Origin: Chthoniobacterales bacterium
Lineage (GTDB): Bacteria; Verrucomicrobiota; Verrucomicrobiia; Chthoniobacterales; UBA10450
Length of the DNA: 64,000 bases
Assembly (NCBI GenBank): GCA_038198475.1
Contig: JBBPZW010000122.1
Span: 1,001-65,000 of the forward strand
Reading direction: 5' to 3'
A program made the translations under genes and the position numbers. A model generated the notes under the pieces. It had not been told where the DNA came from. It ran no database searches and saw only the letters and a program-made list of their open reading frames with translations. Positions 39,280-48,825 of this stretch are shown piece by piece. Within the stretch, counting starts at the first letter, position 1. Every line of letters begins with the position of its first letter.

Positions 39280-39969
39280 TTAGCGATTCGTTTTATCGAC
39301 GAAGTTCTCCAGACCAGCTCGGGCCGTTATTTGCATTCTGCGTCGCGCCGTCCTTAAAAATCCTTCATCGCTAAGCAACTTCGTGGTTCTAATTGCGGAT
39401 TCGACAGTCGTGCCTGCGAGCTCCGCCAGCGTCGCCCGCGTGAGGGGAATGTCGTCTCCAAACTTCTCTTCCAGGTAGAGTAATGCGCAGACTATCCGCC
39501 CAGCGACATTCTCAATGGAAAGACTGTGCATGTGCCGGGCATGACGAAGCCGAAGACACGCGTCCTGGAGCAGCGCCCGCAGAAGCGGAGCGTTGGAGTC
39601 CGCATGTTTGCGCAGTTCTGCAGCCGGAAATTTTAGAACGATCGCGGCTTCCATGGTGGAGGCAGAGAAGCTGAGCGAGGCATTCGCAGGATCGTAAACT
39701 GCTCCGCAGATTTCTCCGGGACCAATGATATCAATCAGCAAGCGCTGGCGGCTCGCTGGGCTGCACTTAAAGATCTTTGCCCGCCCAGTGACGACGGTCC
39801 AAGCCCACTCGGCTTTGTCGCCCTCCCGCAAAAGCGCTTCCTCTTTCTCGCAACGCCACAAGGACGCATGCGCGGCGAACTGTTGTCGCCGAAGAGGACT
39901 CAGGAGGGCAAACAACGCGCTTTCCGCAATTGCGGCCTCGACCTGGTGATTAAACCTTATCTGCTTCAA
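39280..39969 (-). CDS. Crp/Fnr family transcriptional regulator
   Basis: N-terminal cyclic-nucleotide-binding-like beta-roll and a C-terminal HTH (TRATLAELAGTTVESAIRTTKLL). Confidence 0.8.
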   Translation of the reverse strand: MKQIRFNHQVEAAIAESALFALLSPLRRQQFAAHASLWRCEKEEALLREGDKAEWAWTVVTGRAKIFKCSPASRQRLLIDIIGPGEICGAVYDPANASLSFSASTMEAAIVLKFPAAELRKHADSNAPLLRALLQDACLRLRHARHMHSLSIENVAGRIVCALLYLEEKFGDDIPLTRATLAELAGTTVESAIRTTKLLSDEGFLRTARRRMQITARAGLENFVDKTNR

Positions 39970-39977
39970 GAGTCGTC

Positions 39978-40409
39978 TTAAGGATACTGGGCTTCGATTT
40001 CCTTTAGGACAGTTTGAAGTTTCTTGAAGTTTGCCTCCGTGCCGGTTTGGTCGTTGGCGTCGCCAGTCTTATCCAGCCGTTCGGCGAGAGAATCGACAAA
40101 CTTGGCGTCGGTTTTGACTTTGCTGACTTTGTCGGCCGCCAGGCCATTCGATTTTTCCGGCAGCGCGTTCACCAAATCGCGGATTTCAAAGGCGACTTCA
40201 TGGACTTTGTTGAGCTGCTTCTCGGCGATGATTTTGCCTAGCTCCGCCTCGTGTTCTTTGACTTCGGCCACAATCGCGGCGGCGTTATCGGGGATTTTGA
40301 CTTTGCCTTCATGGGCTTCGTGTTCCTCGGCGGCGAACCTAGTAGGTATGAGCCAGACGCTCAGCGCGACGGCGAGCAGGGATGTGATCAATGCGTGTTG
40401 TTTGTTCAT
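39978..40409 (-). CDS. secreted helical hypothetical protein, last gene of the cus operon
   Basis: Has a signal peptide followed by Lys/Glu/Ala-rich helical sequence with an HEAHEG stretch. I recognise no family. Confidence 0.6.
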   Translation of the reverse strand: MNKQHALITSLLAVALSVWLIPTRFAAEEHEAHEGKVKIPDNAAAIVAEVKEHEAELGKIIAEKQLNKVHEVAFEIRDLVNALPEKSNGLAADKVSKVKTDAKFVDSLAERLDKTGDANDQTGTEANFKKLQTVLKEIEAQYP

Positions 40410-40416
40410 GTTGATT

Positions 40417-43400
40417 TTAGTTAGCCGGTTGGTGGTTATTTGTTGTTGTTATTGGAACCGGAGACCCAACCCTCTTTTCTCCAGCTTCAAATTTTGCGGA
40501 GCCGTGGCCCTTCTTCCTCCGTCGTTCGCGAATTTCTTCGATCTTGTTATACAAGGTCGGGATCAGGACCATGTTTAGGAAAGTGGACGTGACCAGGCCG
40601 CCTAAGATGACGTGCGCCAGCGGGCGCTCCAGTTCCTTGCCGGTCGGGCTGCCCCAGAGCAATGGCACGAGGCCCAGCGCGGCGGTCGCCGCGGTCATCA
40701 AGACCGGGTTGAGACGATCGAGGGAGCCTTCGACGACGGTTTCGCGGGTCGATTTGCCTTCCGCGCGAAGCTGGTTGTAGTGACTAACGAGAATAACGCC
40801 GTTGCGTGAAGCGATGCCGAATAAGCTGATGAAGCCGATGATGGCGGGCACGCTCAAATCCCCGCCGGTGAGATAGACTGCGATAACGCCGCCGATGAGC
40901 GCGAGCGGCAGGTTGATCATAACGAGAAGCGCTTCTCGGGTTGTGCCGAAGGCTTGGTACAACATCAGGAAAATGCCGACGACTGCGCCGACGCCGAAGA
41001 TGGTCAGAATGCGCTGGGCTTCCTGCTGACTTTCGAATTGGCCACCGTATTGGATAAAATAGCCGGCGGGCAGTTTTACCTGATCAGCGATCTTCTTCTG
41101 TGCTTCGACAATGAGACCGTTGAGATCGCGCCCGGCGACGTTGCATTGCACGACGATGCGGCGCTGCACATCTTCGCGGTTAATGAAATAGGGGCGCTCC
41201 TCGAACCGAACGTCTGCAACCTCGCGCAAGGGAACTTTTCCTCCGTCCTTACCCAGGGCCGGAGCGTCCACGAGGATGTTGCGAATTGAATCGACGTCTT
41301 GTCGGGCCGGTTCGTTCAAGCGCACGAAGAGATCAAAGGTCTTGCGGCCTTCGAGCACTTGCGAGACGACGGTGCCGTTCAGCAAGGTCTCGATGGTCTC
41401 GGAAAGAGCCCCCACGTTCAGGCCATAGCGGCTCGCCTTCTCCCGATCCATTTTGATGATGAGTTGGGGAACATTGATTTGCTGTTCCAAGGCAAGGTCA
41501 GCAACGCCCGGAATCGATTGCATGACTTTCAGAACCTCCTGGCCTTTCTGGCGCAATACATTGAGGTCTTCTCCGTAAATCTTGATCGCGACCTGAGCGC
41601 GAACGCCCGATTGCACTTCGTCCATGCGGTGCGCGATGAACTGGCCGACGTTGAAGACGGTTCCTGGGATATCAGCGAGGTCGGCGCGAATCCGGCGCAG
41701 TAACTCATCGGGCGACATATTTTTGTCCCGCGCGTAGTCCAATTTCACGTCGAACTCGCTGAAGTTTGGTGGCTGTGCATCCTCATCGAGCTCACTTCGT
41801 CCCGCGCGCTGCGAGATGGAGACGGTTTGGGGATATTTAAGCAACTTCTGTCGCACGAGCTGACCGAGACGCATCGATTCGTTGAGCGATGTGCCGGGAA
41901 GCGTCCCCATGGCGACGATGAAATTGCCTTCGTGAAACTCCGGCAAAAACGAGCGGCCAAAATAAGGCACAATGGCAGCGGCGATGCCGGCGAGCACAAT
42001 TGCGGCGATGACTACCGGCCAAACATGCCGCAAGGTAAAATGCAGCAGTCTGGCATAGACCCCCTTCAAAGCGTGCGCGACGAAACTTTCGCGCAAATCC
42101 TTCTTGGTATTCGCGAGCAGGATATAGCAAAGCGCCGGTGTTACCGTCACCGCCACAAGGAGCGAGCAGAAGAGCGCGCCTAAGTAGGCGATGCCTAACG
42201 GGGCAAAGATGCGGCCTTCCAGCCCGGAGAGAAAGAAGATGGGCAGAAAGACGATGCCCACAATCCAAGTCGCATAGACAACGGAGTTTCGGACTTCGCT
42301 CGTCGCTTGGAAGACCACTTCCAGAGCCGGCGCGGGATTAGCCGACTCACGGTTGAGTCGCAAACGGCGAAAGACATTTTCCACGCCGATGATGGCGTCA
42401 TCCACGACTTCGCCGACCGCGATCGCGAGACCACCAATGGTCATGGAGTTAAGACTTACTCCGAACCATTTCAGCACCATCACGCCCGCCAGGAGCGAGG
42501 CCGGCATGGAAATAAAACTGATGAACGAGGCGCGAAAGTTCATCAGGAAGATCACCAGGACGATGGTCACGATGATGCCACCTTCGATCAGCGCTGCCTT
42601 GAGATTGCGGATCGAGCCTTCGATGAAATCGGCCTGGCGAAAGACGTGAAGGTTGAGCTTCACGTCGGGCGGCAATTGTTTCTGGATGTCACCCAACGCC
42701 TGCTCGACCTTGTAAGTCGTGGTCAGTGTGTCGGCGCCATAGGCTTTGGAGATCGTGCCGATGACGGCGTCCTTGAGATTGAGCGCGCCGTCGCCGCGCT
42801 TGATTTCAGCGCCGAATTTCACCTCCGCCACGTTGCGTACATAGATGGGCGTGCCCTTGACGTATTTGATGATGGTGTTGCGCACGTCGTCGAGGGACTC
42901 GATGCGCCCGACCCCGGTGACGATGTATTCCCGGCCGGGCGCTTGTAGAAACGCGCCGGGAACATTCAGGTTGGCTTTGGCGAGCGCGTCGCGGACCTCG
43001 GAAGTGCTGATCCGGTAAGCCCGTAAGCGATCGGGATCGAGCAGCACCTGGTACTGTTTCACTTCCCCGCCGATGCTGACGACAGAGGCAACGCCGCCGA
43101 GCGCAAGAATGCGCGGACGGATTTGCCAGTCGGAGATGGTGCGTAGTTCCATCGGCGATCGTGTGTCGCTCTCCAGGCTGTACTTGACCATCCACCCAAC
43201 GGCGGAGGTGATGGGCAGCATCACGGGCGCTTGCGTGCCGGCGGGGAAACGGTCGCGCACCGATTGAATGCGTTCGTTCACTAACTGTCGCGCGACATAG
43301 ACATCCGTGCCCCAGTGAAAAACAATGACTACTGTGGATAGGCCGACGGAGGAAGAGGAGCGCACATTCTCGACACCCGGCGTGCCGTTAACCGCGCTCT

Positions 43401-43608
43401 CGATTGGAAAGGTGATCAAAGATTCGGTGTCCTCAGGCGCAAGGCCGGGCGATTCGGTCTGGATGACGACCTGAGGCGGCGCGAACTCGGGGAACACATC
43501 CACCGGCATATGCAGCGTCGTGTAGCTCGCCGCGACGAGAAATACCACCAGCCCTACCACGACAAGGAGGCGGTTTTTCAGCGACCAGCGGATCAGTTTG
43601 TCAAACAT
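40417..43608 (-). CDS. cusA: heavy-metal efflux RND pump, CusA/CzcA family
   Basis: About 1060 aa starting MFDKLIRWSLKNRLLVV. The 12-TM RND architecture is typical of the HME family. ATG at 43608 is preferred. Confidence 0.9.
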   Translation of the reverse strand: MFDKLIRWSLKNRLLVVVGLVVFLVAASYTTLHMPVDVFPEFAPPQVVIQTESPGLAPEDTESLITFPIESAVNGTPGVENVRSSSSVGLSTVVIVFHWGTDVYVARQLVNERIQSVRDRFPAGTQAPVMLPITSAVGWMVKYSLESDTRSPMELRTISDWQIRPRILALGGVASVVSIGGEVKQYQVLLDPDRLRAYRISTSEVRDALAKANLNVPGAFLQAPGREYIVTGVGRIESLDDVRNTIIKYVKGTPIYVRNVAEVKFGAEIKRGDGALNLKDAVIGTISKAYGADTLTTTYKVEQALGDIQKQLPPDVKLNLHVFRQADFIEGSIRNLKAALIEGGIIVTIVLVIFLMNFRASFISFISMPASLLAGVMVLKWFGVSLNSMTIGGLAIAVGEVVDDAIIGVENVFRRLRLNRESANPAPALEVVFQATSEVRNSVVYATWIVGIVFLPIFFLSGLEGRIFAPLGIAYLGALFCSLLVAVTVTPALCYILLANTKKDLRESFVAHALKGVYARLLHFTLRHVWPVVIAAIVLAGIAAAIVPYFGRSFLPEFHEGNFIVAMGTLPGTSLNESMRLGQLVRQKLLKYPQTVSISQRAGRSELDEDAQPPNFSEFDVKLDYARDKNMSPDELLRRIRADLADIPGTVFNVGQFIAHRMDEVQSGVRAQVAIKIYGEDLNVLRQKGQEVLKVMQSIPGVADLALEQQINVPQLIIKMDREKASRYGLNVGALSETIETLLNGTVVSQVLEGRKTFDLFVRLNEPARQDVDSIRNILVDAPALGKDGGKVPLREVADVRFEERPYFINREDVQRRIVVQCNVAGRDLNGLIVEAQKKIADQVKLPAGYFIQYGGQFESQQEAQRILTIFGVGAVVGIFLMLYQAFGTTREALLVMINLPLALIGGVIAVYLTGGDLSVPAIIGFISLFGIASRNGVILVSHYNQLRAEGKSTRETVVEGSLDRLNPVLMTAATAALGLVPLLWGSPTGKELERPLAHVILGGLVTSTFLNMVLIPTLYNKIEEIRERRRKKGHGSAKFEAGEKRVGSPVPITTTNNHQPAN

Positions 43609-43624
43609 GGGATTTCTCGCGCGG

Positions 43625-44593
43625 CTATTCCTTTGCGCCCATGTCCTTGTCCGGCTTTTTCCCACCGATCAGCCAGGCAGTGAAGATTTCCCGTTGCCCT
43701 TGAGTGACGACCTCGTCCCCGGGCACGAGGCCGTCTTTTACTTCCACGTAACGGTCATCCTCCGCGCCGGTTTGGATGTCGACGCGGTCAAAGGTATTGC
43801 CGGTCCGCACAAAGACGAATTTCTCTCCGCCCTCGGTCAGTACGGCGGTTTTCGGGACGGCCAGCGCCTCGGGATTTTTGGCCAGCAAAACGGCGACTTT
43901 GACGAACATGTCGGAGCGGAGTTTGCCGTCGGGGTTATCTACCGCGAGCCAGACCGGGAGGGTGCGGGTGTCTGGATCGAGTTCCAGTCCCATGAAGGTA
44001 ACCTTGCCCGTGAATTCGTCCTTCGGATAACCTAGCGCCACGATTCGCGCGGTCTCCCCCAGTTTTACTTTGCTCACATCCTCTTCGTAAACCTGGGCGA
44101 CAATGATGACCTTCGACAGATCAACGATGTCGAAGAGTTCCGTGTTTGGCTCGACCGCGTCCCCCAAACTGACGCTGCGTGCGTTAACGACTCCACTGGT
44201 AGGTGCGTCGACTTCGACGGTGGGCGGAGGGTCGCCCAATTGACGGGATTGAATCGCACCTAGCTTCTGGCCCTTCTCGACCCGGTCGCCGACGCGGACG
44301 AGCAACTCTTGGATACGGCCGGAGATTCTCGTGGTCACATGCGCCCGCCGGTCGGGATCGACTTTGACGCTGCCGTTCAGGAGCAGTTCGGTGTTGATCG
44401 ATCGCGAATCGGCCTTGGCTGTTTGCAGGCCGATTGATTCCTCCTGCACGTTGGTCAAGGTAACGGGGCCGCTGGCTCCTTCGCCGGCTTCGATCTTACC
44501 GCCGTGGGCCAAGAGCGGTTGTGCTCCTCCCAGCAAGAGAAAAGCTCCGGCGCCGAGGAGAGCTGCCAGCCTAACGAACAAAGGTCTTTTCAT
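43625..44593 (-). CDS. cusB: efflux RND periplasmic adaptor (CusB-like)
   Basis: Signal peptide plus lipoyl/beta-barrel motifs (GRIQELLVRVGDRVEKGQKLGAI...). It sits between the OMF and RND genes. Confidence 0.85.
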   Translation of the reverse strand: MKRPLFVRLAALLGAGAFLLLGGAQPLLAHGGKIEAGEGASGPVTLTNVQEESIGLQTAKADSRSINTELLLNGSVKVDPDRRAHVTTRISGRIQELLVRVGDRVEKGQKLGAIQSRQLGDPPPTVEVDAPTSGVVNARSVSLGDAVEPNTELFDIVDLSKVIIVAQVYEEDVSKVKLGETARIVALGYPKDEFTGKVTFMGLELDPDTRTLPVWLAVDNPDGKLRSDMFVKVAVLLAKNPEALAVPKTAVLTEGGEKFVFVRTGNTFDRVDIQTGAEDDRYVEVKDGLVPGDEVVTQGQREIFTAWLIGGKKPDKDMGAKE

Positions 44594-44597
44594 AATC

Positions 44598-45920
44598 TTA
44601 CTTTCTATAACTCGATTTCCTTGAAACACCGTGCGGAGCCGGCTGGAGGAAATCCTTCTGCAAAAAAGGGCTGCTCGCCGTAGCCGTCTCCAGAGCAATC
44701 AAGGCCTGGATATAAGTGGTGTTGGCAGCGACGACGGAACTGAGGAGGGTCGCGCGTTGCTGTTGCGCCTGGATGATCTGGGTGGGCGCGACCAATCCTT
44801 GGCCGTAGCCTTTATGCAGGAGGTCAGTCGTCCGGGTAAGCGACGGCAGCAGATCGCGGTGATAGGTTCTGACCACCTCGCGCAGCTTGAAAGCTTGGGC
44901 CAGCCCGGTCGCAATTTCCGAACGAATCGAGAGCGTGAGCGCTTCGACGCGCTGGCGCGCCTGGCCGGCGGTTGCCTTTTGTTCGTAAACGCGTCCTTGG
45001 TTGCGGTTCCAGAGCGCAAGCGGAATCGAGATTTTGAAGCCTAACGACGGATCCGTTCTTAAACCGGTCGGCTCGTCCACTCGTCGGTCGGTTTGGTAGT
45101 CGGCGCCCAAGGTCCAATCGGCCCACGCTTCCGCGCGGGCCAGCCGCACTTCTGCGTTCGCCCGGTCGATCTCCAGTTCTGTCTCGCGCAAGTCTGGCCG
45201 GTTGACGACCATCGAAAGGTCATAATTCTCTGGGCGAAATCTTGCCGTTAGGGCCTCCAGGTCTCCCTTCACTGCCAAAGGCTGCTCCGCTGGCAACCCG
45301 AGCTGCAATTTGAGCGCCAACTCCCGCGTCCGCAGATCCGTTTCGAGCACGGTCGTGTCCAGCTCCAGCCGTTGCAGCTCGACCCGAGCCAAATTCACAT
45401 CCACTTCCGAGAGCTCCGCGTGTTTCAAACGCTGCTCGAAGACATCGACAAACTCACGGTTCGCACCGATGAATTCGTGGTTCGCTTTAATCTGCTGCCG
45501 CAAGAGCAGCACCGTGAGAAAGTCCCGTTCGACCTCGCCGATGAGAAGCCGCTCGCGGTTGCGAATCTCAGCCATCGCCTGTGCCACATCCACGCGCGAA
45601 GCTTGCTTCGCGAAATGAAGCCGGCCGGAGATTGGGAACGCCTGTAGAAAACCCGCCGCGCTCGCGCGTTCGCCTTCGTTCTTGAAAGTCCGATCCGTGG
45701 TCGTGCTGAACTCCAGCTCCGGGTTTGGCCAAAGCCCGGCCTGAATCAAACGACCGCGCGCTTTCTCCACTTCAAAATACGCAGCGCGGAGCTCGAGATT
45801 GTTACGCAGCGCGCCCGTCACAGCCTGATCCAGCGTCAAGGCGCGAGTGCTCTGCGCGCTCATTGCTGTGGCGGTAATAAGCGTTGCCAGGAAAATTAGA
45901 ATTCGAGATTTAATGTGCAT
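44598..45920 (-). CDS. cusC: TolC-family outer membrane efflux protein (CusC-like)
   Basis: Signal peptide, LTLDQAV start and duplicated coiled-coil OEP repeats. First structural gene of the OMF-MFP-RND trio. Confidence 0.85.
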   Translation of the reverse strand: MHIKSRILIFLATLITATAMSAQSTRALTLDQAVTGALRNNLELRAAYFEVEKARGRLIQAGLWPNPELEFSTTTDRTFKNEGERASAAGFLQAFPISGRLHFAKQASRVDVAQAMAEIRNRERLLIGEVERDFLTVLLLRQQIKANHEFIGANREFVDVFEQRLKHAELSEVDVNLARVELQRLELDTTVLETDLRTRELALKLQLGLPAEQPLAVKGDLEALTARFRPENYDLSMVVNRPDLRETELEIDRANAEVRLARAEAWADWTLGADYQTDRRVDEPTGLRTDPSLGFKISIPLALWNRNQGRVYEQKATAGQARQRVEALTLSIRSEIATGLAQAFKLREVVRTYHRDLLPSLTRTTDLLHKGYGQGLVAPTQIIQAQQQRATLLSSVVAANTTYIQALIALETATASSPFLQKDFLQPAPHGVSRKSSYRK

Positions 45921-46022
45921 GAAAAGACAAGCCGCGAGGGATGGGCACGCAGACGCGACAACGCGTTTGCGCAGGCGCAAAAAAGAAGCTGGAACGACCT
46001 GCGAATGCAGGCTTTTCAGCTT

Positions 46023-46541
46023 CTAGCCAAGGACGGGCGGAGCGTGCGCAAGCACACTCCGCTGCAGGACAGATTCCGCGAAGGACGCGGGAGGTCCGCT
46101 ATCGAGATAGTGCGGATTGAGGTCAGCCTTCGGCGCAACCGGGAGAAGGTGCACACCGCTAAAAAACGTTACCAGCTTGACGACAACGTTCTTAAATTGA
46201 GGAGAGGCGTTGTCGCTTTGCGCTGCTTTCGAAAAATCCTGACAACAAACGTTAGAATCGTCCCCTTGCCTGTCTTTATCATGGCTCGGGCCGCGGCTAT
46301 GTGAATGTGAGGCGGGAGCTGTCGCCGTGGCGTGAGTTTCGTGCGGCGGCTCGGCGCCTTCAACCATCTCGACTGCACAATGGTTCACGGCCAAAAACCA
46401 TGCAAATATGGCTATGAGCGAGACGCTCAGGTTGAATGCGTTTGGATGAGAACGGACGAGCAAAGTAAGATAGCGCCTAAGCTGATTTCTTCGAAATGTC
46501 AACGACGGCCGGAGGCAGCCTATCGATCTCTTCGTTTTCAT
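46023..46541 (-). CDS. small membrane-anchored Cys/His protein, uncharacterised family (paralog of 50776-51195)
   Basis: One TM helix ending in NHCAVE, a His-rich linker, a VCC motif, and the C-terminal FAESVLQRSVLAHAPP shared with the paralog. It leads the cusCBA genes. Confidence 0.55.
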   Translation of the reverse strand: MKTKRSIGCLRPSLTFRRNQLRRYLTLLVRSHPNAFNLSVSLIAIFAWFLAVNHCAVEMVEGAEPPHETHATATAPASHSHSRGPSHDKDRQGDDSNVCCQDFSKAAQSDNASPQFKNVVVKLVTFFSGVHLLPVAPKADLNPHYLDSGPPASFAESVLQRSVLAHAPPVLG

Positions 46542-46581
46542 TTCATTGGCCAGGTTGAGTCAACGGGTTTAATGAAACCGA

Positions 46582-47055
46582 TTATTCTTTGGCCGCTTTC
46601 TGACTCGACCAATGGATCGTGCGAATCTTCCAACCGTCCGAGCTTTTGGTGAGGATGACCGTCTCGGCGCTGACGCTATCGATGAGCTTGTTGTGAAATT
46701 CACCAACGACGCGGGACGTAGAGGTCACCCAGGCCATGTTGCCTTCCTGGCGCACGATCTTGTTGCGCGATGTCACCGGCACGGCACGTGCAAAGGCAAT
46801 GTCTTGGTTCAAGTGTTCTCGTTGATAGTCAGCGCGGGTCTGGACGGTCCCACCTTCGATAATCAAGGCATCGGGCGCGAGCAGCGACATCACTTTGTCG
46901 GGCTCACCAGCCCCGAGCGCTTTGTGAAAGGATTCCACCGTGGACTCGATCGCCGCCGCGTCGGGTGCGACTGGTTCGCCACGGGAAACGCTGAGTGTGA
47001 GGAGGCTCACGACGGTCAGGAGAGTTATTAAACAGGTCTTCGGGTCTGTTTTCAT
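46582..47055 (-). CDS. SnoaL-like/DUF4440 (NTF2 fold) secreted protein
   Basis: Signal peptide, IESTVESFHKALGAGEPDKVMSLLAPDALIIEGG..., and a C-terminal GWKIRTIHWS typical of DUF4440. Confidence 0.7.
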   Translation of the reverse strand: MKTDPKTCLITLLTVVSLLTLSVSRGEPVAPDAAAIESTVESFHKALGAGEPDKVMSLLAPDALIIEGGTVQTRADYQREHLNQDIAFARAVPVTSRNKIVRQEGNMAWVTSTSRVVGEFHNKLIDSVSAETVILTKSSDGWKIRTIHWSSQKAAKE

Positions 47056-48371
47056 GAGTGGTCGTGGTCCATTGGTTCTTTTGGTTTTTCGTTCGGTGAA
47101 TCAGCCCCCGAGATGGTGGAGGCGACGGTGCCGGGCGGGTTTTTGTACCAGCCCGGATCGTCATAGGTAGTAATGCCTTCGCGCACTTTGAAGATGGTAA
47201 ACATGCCACCCATCTCGATCGGACCGAACTGGCCGGTGCCGACCATCATGGGAAGCGTGTTGCGCGGGCCGGGCATCATATCGGCCATCTCCGACATCCC
47301 ATACATGCCGGTCTCGCCCATGGCCATGTAACCCGGAACGAGTTTGCCGATCTTTTGCGCCACCCCTTTTTGATTCATGCCAATGACGTTGGGAACGTTA
47401 TGGCTCATCGCGTTCATAGCGTGATGATTCTTATGGCAATGCATCGGCCAGTCTCCCGGGTTATCCGCGATAAATTCAACGGTGCGGGTGGTGCCCGGCG
47501 GAACGTTAATGGTCGTCTCCGGGACCCACGCGCTCTTTTGAATCTCGCCGCCGTCGGTCCCGGCCAGATACCAGCGGTGCCCGTGGAAATGGATCGGATG
47601 ACTGTCCATGCTCAGGTTGGCGAAGCTAATCCTGACCCGGTCGCCTAACTTCACGACTAATGGGTCAGTCCCGGGCCAAACCCGGCTGTTGAAAGTGAAG
47701 ATATTGAAATCCGTCATCACGTTAGGATCGGGCGTAAAGGTGCCCGGGTGGATCGCCCATTCCTGGAGAAAGGTGAGGAAGTGTCGATCGACTGGCTCGG
47801 GATACCCGCCGCGTGGATGGATGATAAAGAAGCCTTCCATCCCCATCGCCATTTGGATCATTTCATCCGAATGCGGATGATACATCTGCGCGCCGTGCTG
47901 GCGGAGGGTGAACTCATAAAGATAAGTCTCGCCGGGAGGAATGTGTTTTTGGGTGACGCCGCCGACACCATCCATTCCGTTGGCCGCGATGACACCGTGC
48001 CAATGGACCGTGGTCGGTTCGGCCAGCTTGTTTGTGACCAGGATGCGGACGCGATCGCCTTCGACCGCTTCGATGGTGGGTCCGGGAGATTGACCGTTAT
48101 AACCCCAGCAGTTGACGATCATGCCCGGCGCGAACTCCCGCTTCACCGGCTCGGCGATAAGATGAAACTCCTTGACGCCATCTTTCATAACCCAGGGCAG
48201 GCTGGACCCGTTAGGCGTAACGACTGGCCTGTAGTTCACCCTGGCGCCGGGTGCCGGCGTCGGAGTTGCCTGGGCGGCGAGAAGATTTGATCCGGCCGCG
48301 ATGCGTTGTGCGAGCGTGGAAGCGCCCACCAGCGCCGCTGCTCCCGAGAAAAATCTGCGTCGTGTAATCAT
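47052..48371 (-). CDS. Tat-exported multicopper oxidase
   Basis: Twin-arginine signal MITRRRFFSGAAALVGAS. Copper motifs VHWHGV, YHPHSD, HPIHFHGH, MHCHKNHH. Met-rich C-terminus. ATG at 48371 is preferred over the TTG at 48392. Confidence 0.85.
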   Translation of the reverse strand: MITRRRFFSGAAALVGASTLAQRIAAGSNLLAAQATPTPAPGARVNYRPVVTPNGSSLPWVMKDGVKEFHLIAEPVKREFAPGMIVNCWGYNGQSPGPTIEAVEGDRVRILVTNKLAEPTTVHWHGVIAANGMDGVGGVTQKHIPPGETYLYEFTLRQHGAQMYHPHSDEMIQMAMGMEGFFIIHPRGGYPEPVDRHFLTFLQEWAIHPGTFTPDPNVMTDFNIFTFNSRVWPGTDPLVVKLGDRVRISFANLSMDSHPIHFHGHRWYLAGTDGGEIQKSAWVPETTINVPPGTTRTVEFIADNPGDWPMHCHKNHHAMNAMSHNVPNVIGMNQKGVAQKIGKLVPGYMAMGETGMYGMSEMADMMPGPRNTLPMMVGTGQFGPIEMGGMFTIFKVREGITTYDDPGWYKNPPGTVASTISGADSPNEKPKEPMDHDHS

Positions 48372-48379
48372 GGTTTGGA

Positions 48380-48393
48380 AAATTCGAAGCAAT
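48380..48393. repeat. left arm of a perfect 14-bp inverted repeat flanking the four-helix-bundle gene
   Basis: AAATTCGAAGCAAT is the exact reverse complement of 48828-48841. Confidence 0.8.
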
Positions 48394-48412
48394 AGGATGT
48401 TGAACTGCAGGA

Positions 48413-48781
48413 ATGGAGGAAAAAGGGAAACCGGGACGGCCTTACGATCTGGAAGAGCGGACCTTCCTGTTTGCGAAGGAGACGCGCGAGTTTGTGAAGA
48501 AACTCCCGAAGACTGCTGGGAATCTTGAAGATGTTCGGCAGTTGATCCGTGCTTCGGGATCGGTCGGGGCGAATTACATCGAGGCCAACGAGTCGGTCAG
48601 TAAGAAAGATTTCCTGCTTCGAATTAAGACCTGCCGCAAGGAGTCGAAAGAATCCGCTTACTGGCTCCGGCTGCTCGACATGGGAGGGAGCGCAGAATTG
48701 GATTCGATTCGCGTACGATTGCTTTCCGAAGCACGAGAACTGATGAACATCTTCGCCGCCATCCTGCGGAAAAGCGCGTAG
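48413..48781 (+). CDS. four-helix-bundle protein (23S rRNA intervening-sequence protein family)
   Basis: YDLEERTFLFAKETREFVKKLPKT...QLIRASGSVGANYIEANESVSKKDFLLRIKTCRKESKESAYWLRLL is the classic signature of this family. It is the only plus-strand gene inside a minus-strand operon block. Confidence 0.85.
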   Translation: MEEKGKPGRPYDLEERTFLFAKETREFVKKLPKTAGNLEDVRQLIRASGSVGANYIEANESVSKKDFLLRIKTCRKESKESAYWLRLLDMGGSAELDSIRVRLLSEARELMNIFAAILRKSA

Positions 48782-48825
48782 TCGAGATTTCCGTTTCCTC
48801 GGTTCTCTATCTCCTCTTTTTGTCT

